Assembly: GCA_964651335.1 (NCBI GenBank)
Contig: CAZYVT010000005.1
Span: 7,719-71,718 of the forward strand
Direction: 5' to 3'
Origin: an uncultured Enterobacteriaceae bacterium
GTDB taxonomy: Bacteria > Pseudomonadota > Gammaproteobacteria > Burkholderiales > SG8-39
Length of the DNA stretch: 64,000 bases
The notes beneath the pieces are model-generated. The model was not told where the DNA came from. It worked only from the letters and a program-made list of their open reading frames with translations, and searched no databases. Positions within the stretch are counted from its first letter, which is position 1. Each line of letters starts with the position of its first letter. Positions 55,839 through 64,000 of this stretch are shown one piece after another. Both the position numbers and the translations under genes were made by a program.

Positions 55839-56795
55839 TCACTCGAACCTGGCGCCGGATTCCTTCACCACCCGTGCCCAGCGCGCCTTCTCGCCGCGCA
55901 AAAACTCGCCGAGGCTCTCCGGGGTATTTGCCCGCACCTCGGTGCCCTGCGCAGCGAACCGCTCCTTCATCTCCACGGTGCTCAGCACGCGCACCAGCTC
56001 GGCGTTGAGCTTCGATATGGTCTCGCGCGCAATTCCCGCGGGGCCGACTACGCCCTGAAAGGATCCGGTCTCGAATCCCGCCAGCCCCTGCTCGGCAACG
56101 GTCGGGGTATCGGGCGCGGCGGCGACGCGTGCCGCGCTCGAAATGCCGAGCGCCTTCAATTTGCCGCCCTTCACGGAAGGCCACGTCGCGAGCATCCCGT
56201 TGAAGAGCACCTCGGCCTGGCCCGCGACCACGTCCGCGACCGCCTGCGAACCACCCTTGTAGGGAATGTAGGCCCACTGCACGCCCGTGCGCTGCGCGAA
56301 TTCGATGCCCGCAAGGTGCGGCGCCCCGCCGATGCCCGAAACCGCAAAATTCAGCTTGCCTGGTTTCGATTTTGCGAGCTCGACGAGCTCCTTGACGTTG
56401 TTTGCCGGCACCGAAGGGTGCACCGCGAGCACGTGCGGGGAGTACGACACCATCACGATCGGAGAAAAGTCCTTTGCCGGGTCGAATGGCAGGTTCGGGT
56501 ACACGCTCGCGCTGATGACCAGCCCGCCGAGGTCGGTGAGCAGCAGCGTATAGCCGTCGGGAGCGGATTTCGCCACGAAGTCGGCGCCGACGTTGCCGTT
56601 GGCGCCGGGTTTGTTCTCCACGATCACCGGCTGGCCGAGCACCTCCGTGAGCTTCGGACCGATCTGGCGCGCGAGGATGTCGGAAGTGCCGCCCGGCGCA
56701 TACGGAACGATGACGCGGATCGGTCTGCCCGGGTAAGACTGCGCGAGCGCTGCGGTGGCACAAAGAGCGAGTATTGCGGCTGCCATGCGTGTCAT
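55839..56795 (-). CDS. Bug/TctC binding protein
   Basis: PYAPGGTSD, ENKPGANG, PDGYT, PYKGG. Confidence 0.95.
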   Translation of the reverse strand: MTRMAAAILALCATAALAQSYPGRPIRVIVPYAPGGTSDILARQIGPKLTEVLGQPVIVENKPGANGNVGADFVAKSAPDGYTLLLTDLGGLVISASVYPNLPFDPAKDFSPIVMVSYSPHVLAVHPSVPANNVKELVELAKSKPGKLNFAVSGIGGAPHLAGIEFAQRTGVQWAYIPYKGGSQAVADVVAGQAEVLFNGMLATWPSVKGGKLKALGISSAARVAAAPDTPTVAEQGLAGFETGSFQGVVGPAGIARETISKLNAELVRVLSTVEMKERFAAQGTEVRANTPESLGEFLRGEKARWARVVKESGARFE

Positions 56796-56899
56796 GGATG
56801 TCTCCCGATGGATTTGCCGGGCGCCAACCGCCGGTATGCTCTCGACGCGAACAGGATCGCGGATACGGCGATTGTATTAGACTTTATCCAGGAGGATCG

Positions 56900-57208
56900 A
56901 TGCATAGAACCTTACATTGCGCAGGTGCGTTGCTCGCAGGGCTCGCCTGCAGCGCCGCGCACGGGCACGCCTACCCGTCCAAGCCGATCAAGATCGTGAT
57001 TCCATTCGTCGCCGGCGAGTCGTCCGATATCGTAGGGCGCGCCATCGGCTCTAAGTTCCAGGAATAGTCGCCGGAGATCCGGGAGCGCATGACCCAGATC
57101 GGCTTCGACGTGGTCGCGGGCACGCCCGAAGAGTTCGGCGCCTTCATGAAGGCCGAGGTCGCGCGCTGGACGCGCGTGGTCGAGCGCGGCAGCATCAAAC
57201 CCGACTGA
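56900..57208 (+). pseudogene. Bug/TctC binding protein with internal deletion and in-frame stop
   Basis: YPSKPIKIVIPFVAGESSD...FQE, TAG, then SPEIRERMTQIGFD...RWTRVVERGSIKPD in the same frame. Confidence 0.85.
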
Positions 57209-57211
57209 GGC

Positions 57212-58294
57212 ATGACGGAATCCAGGATCATCCAGGCGGCACCGCTCGCGCGCGCCATCGAGGCCGTGGTCACCGCCGGCGGCAGCGACGCGCGCGAGGC
57301 GAAACTCGTTGCCGAAAACCTCGTCACGGCCAACCTCACCGGGCACGATTCGCACGGCGTGGGCATGATCCCGCGCTACGTCGACTCGCTGCTCGAGGGC
57401 GGGCTCAGGGTCAACCAGCACCCGAAGCTGGTGTTCGACGGCGGCGCCATGATCTCGCTCGACGGTCAGATGGGCTACGGCCAGGTGATCGGGCTGGAGG
57501 CGATGGAGATCGGCATCGCGCGGGCGAAGCAGCACGGCATGTGCGTGATGGGGCTCGGGCGCTCGCACCATCTGTGCCGCATCGGGCAGTGGGCGGAGCA
57601 GGCGGTCGCCGAGGGCCTGATCTCGCTTCAATTCACCAACGTCATCTCGCGCTCCATCGTCGCGCCCTACGGTGGGGCGGATGCGCGCTTCGGCACCAAC
57701 CCGGTGACCATCGGCATTCCGATCCCGGGCGAGCCGCCTTTCATCCTCGACATGGCCACGAGCGCAGTGGCGCAAGGCAAGATCCGCGTCGCGCACAACA
57801 AGCGTGAAAGGGTTTCACCCGACTGGCTGATCGACGACAAGGGCAACCCGACCTCGGACCCGCGGTACGGCGTGATCGAACCCTTCGGCGCGCTGCGCAC
57901 CTTCGGCCTGCACAAGGGCTACGGGCTTGCGGTGGTCTGCGAGCTGCTCGGCGGCGCGCTCACCGGCGGCGGCACCTGGCATTCCGACGACCGCTCAAAG
58001 AAGCGGGTGTGGAACGGGATGCTTACCATCCTCATCGATCCGAAGCGCCTGGGCACCGCGGACACTTTTGCGGTGGAGACGACAGCGTTCCTCGAGTCGC
58101 TGCGCAAATCTCCGGTCGCGCCCGGCTTAGACAAGGTGCGCATCGCCGGCGAGCCGGAGCGGGAAATGCGCGCCAAGCGCGAGCGCGAGGGCATTCCGGT
58201 GGACGAGAACACGTGGGAGGAGATCGTCGCCGCGGGGGCGAAGCTGAAGCTGGAGCGCGCGGTGTTGGAAATATTGGTGCGCGAAGTCGCATGA
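57212..58294 (+). CDS. Ldh_2 family (malate/lactate/ureidoglycolate; YbiC/HcxB-like) dehydrogenase
   Basis: GHDSHG, HHLCRIG, GTNP, LDMATS, HKGYGL. Confidence 0.92.
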   Translation: MTESRIIQAAPLARAIEAVVTAGGSDAREAKLVAENLVTANLTGHDSHGVGMIPRYVDSLLEGGLRVNQHPKLVFDGGAMISLDGQMGYGQVIGLEAMEIGIARAKQHGMCVMGLGRSHHLCRIGQWAEQAVAEGLISLQFTNVISRSIVAPYGGADARFGTNPVTIGIPIPGEPPFILDMATSAVAQGKIRVAHNKRERVSPDWLIDDKGNPTSDPRYGVIEPFGALRTFGLHKGYGLAVVCELLGGALTGGGTWHSDDRSKKRVWNGMLTILIDPKRLGTADTFAVETTAFLESLRKSPVAPGLDKVRIAGEPEREMRAKREREGIPVDENTWEEIVAAGAKLKLERAVLEILVREVA

Positions 58295-59061
58295 GCGTCG
58301 CAGGCCCGCTGCTCGACTGGCTCACCGGCTGGGTGCGGGCTGTGCGGTTCGCGGGCCTGACGCTCGCGGCGGCGATGTCGCCCTCGGCGTACCGCGCGGC
58401 CACGCGCGATGTGGCGCTCAAGCAGATCTACTTCACCGCCTGGCAGATCCTGCCGGGCTTCACGCTGTTCACGACGCTGTTCAGCCTGGTGGTGATCGAG
58501 ATCGCGGTCACCGCGGCGCGCGAGTTCGGCCTGGCGCAGTACGCGCTCGAGCTGGTGATGCGCGCGCTGGTGCTGGAGCTGATCCCGCTGGTGACGGCTC
58601 TGTTCGTCGCGCTGCGCTCGGGCGCCGCGATCGCCACCGAAATCGCGCTGATGAAGGCCTCGGGCGATCTCGACCGCATGCAGGCCGCGGGCGAGGACCC
58701 GCTCGAGCGCGAGTTCGTGCCGCGCGTGGCCGCGGCGGCGTTGTCGGTGTTCTCGCTCACCGTGGTCAGCTGCGCCACCGCGCTCGCGCTGGGGTATGCC
58801 GCGATGTACGGCCTATCGCCGCACGGCTTCGCCGACTTCACGCGCGTCGTGGCGCTGGTGTTCGGGCCGGCGGCGCTCGGCGGCTTTGTGCTGAAGTGCC
58901 TGGTGTTCGGCGGCCTGGTGGCGGTGATCCCGATCGCCGCCGGCCTGCACGCCTCGCCGCGGCTGAAGTCCGTGCCGGTCGTGGTGCTGGATGGCATGGT
59001 GCGGCTGTTCTTCGCACTCGGCGCCGTCGAGGTGCTCGCGCTGGCGGTAAAGTACGTCTGA
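58291..59061 (+). CDS. MlaE family permease
   Basis: ELIPLVTALFVALRSGAAIATEI, FVPRV. Confidence 0.88.
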   Translation: MSVAGPLLDWLTGWVRAVRFAGLTLAAAMSPSAYRAATRDVALKQIYFTAWQILPGFTLFTTLFSLVVIEIAVTAAREFGLAQYALELVMRALVLELIPLVTALFVALRSGAAIATEIALMKASGDLDRMQAAGEDPLEREFVPRVAAAALSVFSLTVVSCATALALGYAAMYGLSPHGFADFTRVVALVFGPAALGGFVLKCLVFGGLVAVIPIAAGLHASPRLKSVPVVVLDGMVRLFFALGAVEVLALAVKYV

Positions 59062-59062
59062 G

Positions 59063-60040
59063 ATGGACACCGAAAGCCCGGTCACGCCGGTGCCGAAGCA
59101 CCTGCAGTTCCGCGTCGCGCTGTTGCTCGCGCTGACGCTGCTGATCGCCATCGGCTTCGTGGCGTATGTGCTCTATGCGCGCGGCGTGTTCGAGGCGGTG
59201 CAGCGCCTGACCCTGGTGGCGGACAACGCCGAGGGCGTGAGCGTGCGGATGGACCTGACGTTTTCCGGCTTCCCGATCGGGACCGTGCGCCGGATCGCGC
59301 TCACCGAGGATGGCAAGGCGCGCATCGAGATCGACGTGCCGCAGCGCGAGGCGAAATGGCTGCGCACCACCAGCGTGTTCACCCTGGAGCGGGGGCTGGT
59401 CGGCGGCGCGAAAATCCGGGTCTACAGCGGCAATCTTCGCGACCCGCCGCTTCCCGACGACGCGGTGCGCCCCGTCCTGCGCGGCGACACGACGGAGGAG
59501 ATCCCGCAGCTGGTTGCCACGTTGCGCGGCATCCTCGAGAACCTCGAGCGGCTCACCGGTTCGGGAGGGAGCGTGCAGTCGACCCTCGCCAACCTGCAAA
59601 CCGTCAGCGAGCGCATGGCCGGGCGCCACGGCGTGCTGGGCGCGGTGCTCGGCGGCGGCGAGCACGCCGCGAAGGTGATCGCGACGATCGACCGCGCGGG
59701 CGCGCTGCTCGCTTCGCTCGAGCGGGCGTCCTCGCGCCTCGACAACTTGCTCGCGAATACCGACCGGCGCGTGCTGGGAGACGGCGGCGTGGTGGAAGAG
59801 ACGCGCAAGGCGGTGGTGCAGGCGGAGGCGGTCCTCGGAGACATGCGCGAGAGCCTGAAGAAAATGGATGCGGTGCTTGCCGACGCGCAGACCGTGAGCA
59901 CGAACGCGAAGGCGGCGACGACGGACCTCGCACGGCTGCGCGCCGAAGTGGACGAGAGCCTGCGCAAGGTTTCGCGGTTGATCGACGAGATCAACCGCAA
60001 GTGGCCGTTCAAGCGCGAAACGGAGATCACGTTGCCGTGA
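59063..60040 (+). CDS. MlaD/MCE domain protein
   Basis: N-terminal TM, GFPIGTV, helical C-terminus. Confidence 0.88.
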   Translation: MDTESPVTPVPKHLQFRVALLLALTLLIAIGFVAYVLYARGVFEAVQRLTLVADNAEGVSVRMDLTFSGFPIGTVRRIALTEDGKARIEIDVPQREAKWLRTTSVFTLERGLVGGAKIRVYSGNLRDPPLPDDAVRPVLRGDTTEEIPQLVATLRGILENLERLTGSGGSVQSTLANLQTVSERMAGRHGVLGAVLGGGEHAAKVIATIDRAGALLASLERASSRLDNLLANTDRRVLGDGGVVEETRKAVVQAEAVLGDMRESLKKMDAVLADAQTVSTNAKAATTDLARLRAEVDESLRKVSRLIDEINRKWPFKRETEITLP

Positions 60041-60624
60041 GAGCCGCCTTGCTTGTTGTCGTGGCGATCGTGGCGGGCTGTGCTGGCGGGCCGCCACCGC
60101 CCGACTGGCAATTGAACGCGCGCGGCGCGCTGGCCCAGTTCGAGCGCTACTACCTGGCGGGCGACACGCAGCTCGCGGAGAAAGAGTTCGCGCACGCCAG
60201 GGCCGAGATCGCGCGCACCGGCCGCGGCGATCTGATGGCGCGCGCCGAGCTCGTGCGCTGCGCTGCGCACACTGCAAGCCTCGAGTTCGACGATTGCCCG
60301 GGGTTCGAGGCGCTGCGCACAGATGCGGGTCCTGAGGAACTGGCCTACGCGGAGTACCTGGCGGGCCGTGGGGCGCGCGCCGTGGGCGAAGAGCCGCTTT
60401 CGCGCTTGGTTGCGGCCGGGGTGCGACTCAGGACCGCGAAGATCACGCCCGAAGGAATCGCCAACGCCGTCGAGATTGCTTCGTCGCAAGGCTGGCGGCG
60501 CCCGCTGCTCGCGTGGCTCGGCGTGCAGGAGAAGCGCGCGGAAGAGGCGGGGGACCAAGTTGCGCGACAGAGCATTCGGCGGCGGATCGAGCGGGTGACT
60601 GGCGCAGACGCAAGGTCGCGGTAG
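60037..60624 (+). CDS. Hypothetical lipoprotein
   Basis: VAGC lipobox; GTGA overlap with the MCE gene stop. Confidence 0.75.
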   Translation: MRAALLVVVAIVAGCAGGPPPPDWQLNARGALAQFERYYLAGDTQLAEKEFAHARAEIARTGRGDLMARAELVRCAAHTASLEFDDCPGFEALRTDAGPEELAYAEYLAGRGARAVGEEPLSRLVAAGVRLRTAKITPEGIANAVEIASSQGWRRPLLAWLGVQEKRAEEAGDQVARQSIRRRIERVTGADARSR

Positions 60625-60788
60625 CCTGCGGCGACCGGACAACGATCCGCCGGCTTATTTGCATTTGAGACGCGGCTTTCAGTAACGCTCGCAACAGCTT
60701 AATTATTTACGGTTTTCTGCTTCGTAGATCCAGCTTCGGATTGCGACGCTAAGTCTTTGTTGGGCCAAAGAAAATTGTAAGTCCTTGC

Positions 60789-60842
60789 TTGACCTCCGGT
60801 CCTTTTTTCGCATAAAGTGGGAAAACGTAGAAAAAAGTGGCT
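60789..60842 (+). promoter_or_regulatory. dcw promoter with MraZ-binding direct repeats
   Basis: TTGACC-18 nt-TAAAGT; GTGG/GTAG/GTGG at 60817, 60827, 60837 (10-bp period). Confidence 0.75.
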
Positions 60843-60891
60843 TTATTCTGGCTTCACGGCCGTAAAAAGAAAAGGCGGAGGCAAGCGAGGG

Positions 60892-61341
60892 ATGGGAGAG
60901 GCATATCACGGTGCGGCCGTCATTACGCTCGATGCGAAGGGCCGGCTCGCCATTCCCACGCGCCATCGCGAAACGCTGGCCACGCCCCGCAAGCCGCTCG
61001 TCCTGACCGCGCACCCGGACGGCTGCGCGCTCCTGTACCAGGAACCCGAGTGGGAATCGGTGCGCGCCCAGGTGGAGAAATTCCCGAGCTTTCACGCCCA
61101 GGCAAGCTGGTGGAAGCGCTTGCTGCTCGGGTTCGAGGAGCATGTGTTGCCCGACGGCTCTGGAAGGATCCTGATTTCCCCCGCGCTCCGGATGCACGCC
61201 AAGCTCGAGCGTGAAGTGATGATGTTTGGGCAGGGACGCTATTTCGAACTCTGGGACAAGGGCGTGTTTAGTGCGAAGCGCGACGGTGCGCTTGCCGGCG
61301 GCAGCACGCCGCCTCCGGGCATGGAGGACTTCTCGCTGTGA
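60892..61341 (+). CDS. mraZ: Transcriptional regulator MraZ
   Basis: LDAKGRLAIP, DGSGRILI, FELWD. Confidence 0.95.
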   Translation: MGEAYHGAAVITLDAKGRLAIPTRHRETLATPRKPLVLTAHPDGCALLYQEPEWESVRAQVEKFPSFHAQASWWKRLLLGFEEHVLPDGSGRILISPALRMHAKLEREVMMFGQGRYFELWDKGVFSAKRDGALAGGSTPPPGMEDFSL

Positions 61342-61356
61342 GCGCCGGGCCGAGCG

Positions 61357-62340
61357 ATGAGCGAACCCAGCCCCGGTCATCGCGCAGTTCTGCTCGCGGA
61401 ATCCGTTGCCGCGCTCGCGGTGCGCGCGGACGGCATCTACGTCGATGCAACCTTCGGTCGCGGCGGGCACAGCCGGGCGATTCTCGCGTTGCTCGGCTCC
61501 GCGGGCCGTCTCATTGCGCTCGACCGCGACCCGGAGGCCGTGCTTGCGGCGCGCGAAATCTCCGATCCGCGCTTTTCGATCACGCACGCGCCGTTTTCCG
61601 AGCTGACGCGCGTGCTCGACGCGCATGCAGTGGGACTCGTGCACGGGGTGCTTGCGGACCTCGGCGCGTCATCGCCGCAGTTCGAAGACCCGGCGCGCGG
61701 CTTTTCCTTCAGCGCCGATGGACCGCTCGACATGCGAATGGACCCGACGCGGGGCGTGTCCGCGGCGGACTGGCTGGCCACGGCGACCGAGCCGCAGATC
61801 CGGGAGGCGATCGAACAATATGGCGAAGAACGGTTTGCTAAACAGATTGCAGCGGCGATTGCTAGTGCTCGCGCACGCGAACCCATCGTCCGCACCCAGC
61901 AACTTGCCGCACTCGTGGCTGCGGCGGTCCGCACACGGGAAGCCGGCCAGAATCCGGCGACGCGCACCTTTCAGGCTCTACGGATTCTCGTCAATAGGGA
62001 GCTTGAGGAAGTGTCGCTGATGCTGCCTCAGGCGGTTGCGCGGCTTGCCCGGGGCGGAAGGCTCGCTGTGGTGAGCTTCCATTCGCTCGAGGACCGCATC
62101 GTCAAGCGCTTCGTGCGCGCCCTGGCGCAGCCGCTGCTGCCACGGGAATTGCCGATTCGCGCCAGCGAGATGCCACAAGCGGCGCTCAGAATCGTAGGCC
62201 GCGCGCTCCGTCCCGGCGCCGGCGAGGTCGCAGCCAACCCGCGCGCGCGGAGCGCCGTGCTGCGGGTCGCGGAACGCACGGCGGCGCCCCTGGATCCCGC
62301 ACTGATCACCCGAATCGAGCCCGACGCGTGGCGAAGCTGA
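61357..62340 (+). CDS. rsmH: 16S rRNA m4C1402 methyltransferase
   Basis: [30 protein letters not shown]. Confidence 0.97.
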   Translation: MSEPSPGHRAVLLAESVAALAVRADGIYVDATFGRGGHSRAILALLGSAGRLIALDRDPEAVLAAREISDPRFSITHAPFSELTRVLDAHAVGLVHGVLADLGASSPQFEDPARGFSFSADGPLDMRMDPTRGVSAADWLATATEPQIREAIEQYGEERFAKQIAAAIASARAREPIVRTQQLAALVAAAVRTREAGQNPATRTFQALRILVNRELEEVSLMLPQAVARLARGGRLAVVSFHSLEDRIVKRFVRALAQPLLPRELPIRASEMPQAALRIVGRALRPGAGEVAANPRARSAVLRVAERTAAPLDPALITRIEPDAWRS

Positions 62341-62609
62341 ACCTTCTCCTCCTCCTCGTTCTCCTCGCCTGCGCGCTCGGGCTCGTCTCTTCCCAACACC
62401 AGGCACGCAAGCTCTTTTCGCAGCTCGAGTTCGAGCAAGGCCGGGCGCGCGAACTCGAGGTCGAGTACGGGCAGTTGCAGCTGGAATCGAGCACCTGGGG
62501 TCTGCACGCGCGCGTCGAGAAAATCGCCTCCGGGACTCTCGGCCTGCGCGCGCCCGATCCGCGACGGGTGCGTGTCATCGAGCTGCGCGACGCCGCGACG
62601 AAGCCGTGA
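62328..62609 (+). CDS. ftsL: Cell division protein FtsL
   Basis: TM plus coiled coil, LQLESST; position in dcw cluster. Confidence 0.92.
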   Translation: MAKLNLLLLLVLLACALGLVSSQHQARKLFSQLEFEQGRARELEVEYGQLQLESSTWGLHARVEKIASGTLGLRAPDPRRVRVIELRDAATKP

Positions 62610-64000
62610 GCCTCGCTTCCGCACCCGCACTGGTACGCCTGCCGATCTGGCGCGCGCGATTTGTGCTGATCGCGTTTCTCGCCGCGTTCGGCGTGCTCGT
62701 CGCGCGCGCGGTTTACCTGCAGGCGCTGAAGACCGAGTTTCTGCAGGAAAAGGGCGATGCGCGGTATTCGCGCGTGCTCGAAATGCCGGCGACGCGAGGG
62801 CGGATTCTCGACCGCAACGGCGATGCGCTCGCGATCTCGACGCCGGTGAAGTCGGTCTGGGCGATTCCCGAGGACGTAAAGGCGTCGCCCGCCCAGCTGC
62901 AGCGCCTGGCTGCGCTCCTCGACATGGTGCCGCGCGAGCTCGAAAGGAGAATCTCGGACGTCTCGCACGATTTTGTCTATCTCAAGCGCCAGATTCCGCC
63001 CGAAACCGCGGCGCACGTGGCAGAGCTGGGCATTCCGGGCCTCTATCAGCACCGCGAGTTTCGCCGCTACTACCCGGGTGGCGAGACGATGGCGCACGTG
63101 GTCGGTTTCACCGGGGTGGCGGACTCCGGCCAGGAAGGCATCGAGCTTGCCTTCCAGGCGAGCCTCGCCGGCGCGCCCGGGAGCCGGCGCGTCATCAAGG
63201 ACCGCCTCGGCCATGTCGTCGAGGACGTCGAATCGATTCGCGCCGCGCAGGACGGCAGGGACCTGAGACTTGCGCTCGACGGAAAGATCCAGAGCCTCGC
63301 GTTCGCGGCGCTGAGCAGTGCGGTCGAAGCGCACCGGGCGAAGGCGGGCGCGGTGATCGCGCTCGATGCGCGCACCGGAGAAGTGGTTGCGCTCGCCAAT
63401 GTTCCGTCCTACAACCCGAACAACCGCGCGAGATTGAGCGGCGCGCAACTGCGTAACCGCACCATCACCGATCTGTTCGAGCCTGGCTCCACGCTCAAGC
63501 CGTTCACCGTGGCGCTCGCGATGGAGCTCGGCAGGGTGACGCCGCAAACCGTAATCCAGACCGCACCCGGTACGCTCACGATCGCCCGCTACACGATCCA
63601 CGATGCGCACGCCTCGGGCGCACTCACAGTCGCGCAGATCGTCCAGAAGTCCTCCAACGTCGGCGCGGCGAAAATCGCGCTCAGTCTTCCGCGCGAGGAA
63701 ATGCACGAGTTCTACCGGCGTCTGGGCTTCGGCACGCCGCCGCAGCTCGGCTTTCCCGGCGAGGCGTCCGGAAAGCTGCGTGACGCAAAGACCTGGCGTC
63801 CGATCGAACAGGCGACCATGGCCTACGGCCACGGCATCTCGGTGAGCCTGGTCCAGCTTGCACGCGCCTACACCGTGTTCGCCCGCGACGGCGACCTCGT
63901 TGCACTTTCTCTGGTGAAGACGGGCATGCCGGCCGCGGGCCGGCAGGTGGTGAGCCCGGAGACCGCGCGGGAGATTCGCGCGATGCTCGAAGCGGCAGTG
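62606..64000 (+). CDS. ftsI: Penicillin-binding protein 3, partial (runs off window)
   Basis: Manual translation from GTG 62606: RGRILDRNG, RRYYP, FEPGSTLK, KSSN; absent from the ORF track. Confidence 0.95.
   Translation, partial: MSLASAPALVRLPIWRARFVLIAFLAAFGVLVARAVYLQALKTEFLQEKGDARYSRVLEMPATRGRILDRNGDALAISTPVKSVWAIPEDVKASPAQLQRLAALLDMVPRELERRISDVSHDFVYLKRQIPPETAAHVAELGIPGLYQHREFRRYYPGGETMAHVVGFTGVADSGQEGIELAFQASLAGAPGSRRVIKDRLGHVVEDVESIRAAQDGRDLRLALDGKIQSLAFAALSSAVEAHRAKAGAVIALDARTGEVVALANVPSYNPNNRARLSGAQLRNRTITDLFEPGSTLKPFTVALAMELGRVTPQTVIQTAPGTLTIARYTIHDAHASGALTVAQIVQKSSNVGAAKIALSLPREEMHEFYRRLGFGTPPQLGFPGEASGKLRDAKTWRPIEQATMAYGHGISVSLVQLARAYTVFARDGDLVALSLVKTGMPAAGRQVVSPETAREIRAMLEAAV

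Noticed and set aside
60703..61644. Minus-strand 313-aa ORF over mraZ/rsmH
   Set aside because: Shadow of conserved plus-strand genes

Overview
High-GC bacterial chromosome window; the gene content (Bug/TctC binding proteins, dcw cluster) suggests a Betaproteobacterium, which is an inference. In order: (1) a partial TSPPY-type DNA methyltransferase missed by the ORF track; nbaC with an nbaD stub; an M48 peptidase; (2) three twin-arginine NAD(P)-dependent oxidoreductases around an NTT-like nucleotide transporter; (3) a decayed type I R-M locus (hsdM stub, two different hsdR stubs, ygjP-like gene) carrying RhuM, SEC-C and Fic genes; lemA-M48; (4) a long same-strand run: exported AHL-lactonase-family hydrolase, GldA/F/G-like ABC system with a His-rich loop, DUF4340-like, HupE/UreJ, LivKHMGF-like importer, TauE; (5) ankyrin, DUF1223, stand-alone DGQHR, CoA-transferase/P450, NfeD-SPFH, CMD-Rieske and Bug genes; (6) an ~18 kb signalling island (three kinases, three response regulators, two GGDEF-EAL proteins) with three copies of one palindromic box plus -10 element; (7) a hydroxy-acid catabolic cluster, MlaE/MlaD genes and the start of the dcw cluster (mraZ-rsmH-ftsL-ftsI). 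No rRNA, tRNA, CRISPR array or transposase was seen. The best candidates for undescribed systems are (2), (4) and the promoter-defined regulon in (6). All family calls come from motif recognition by eye, not database searches.
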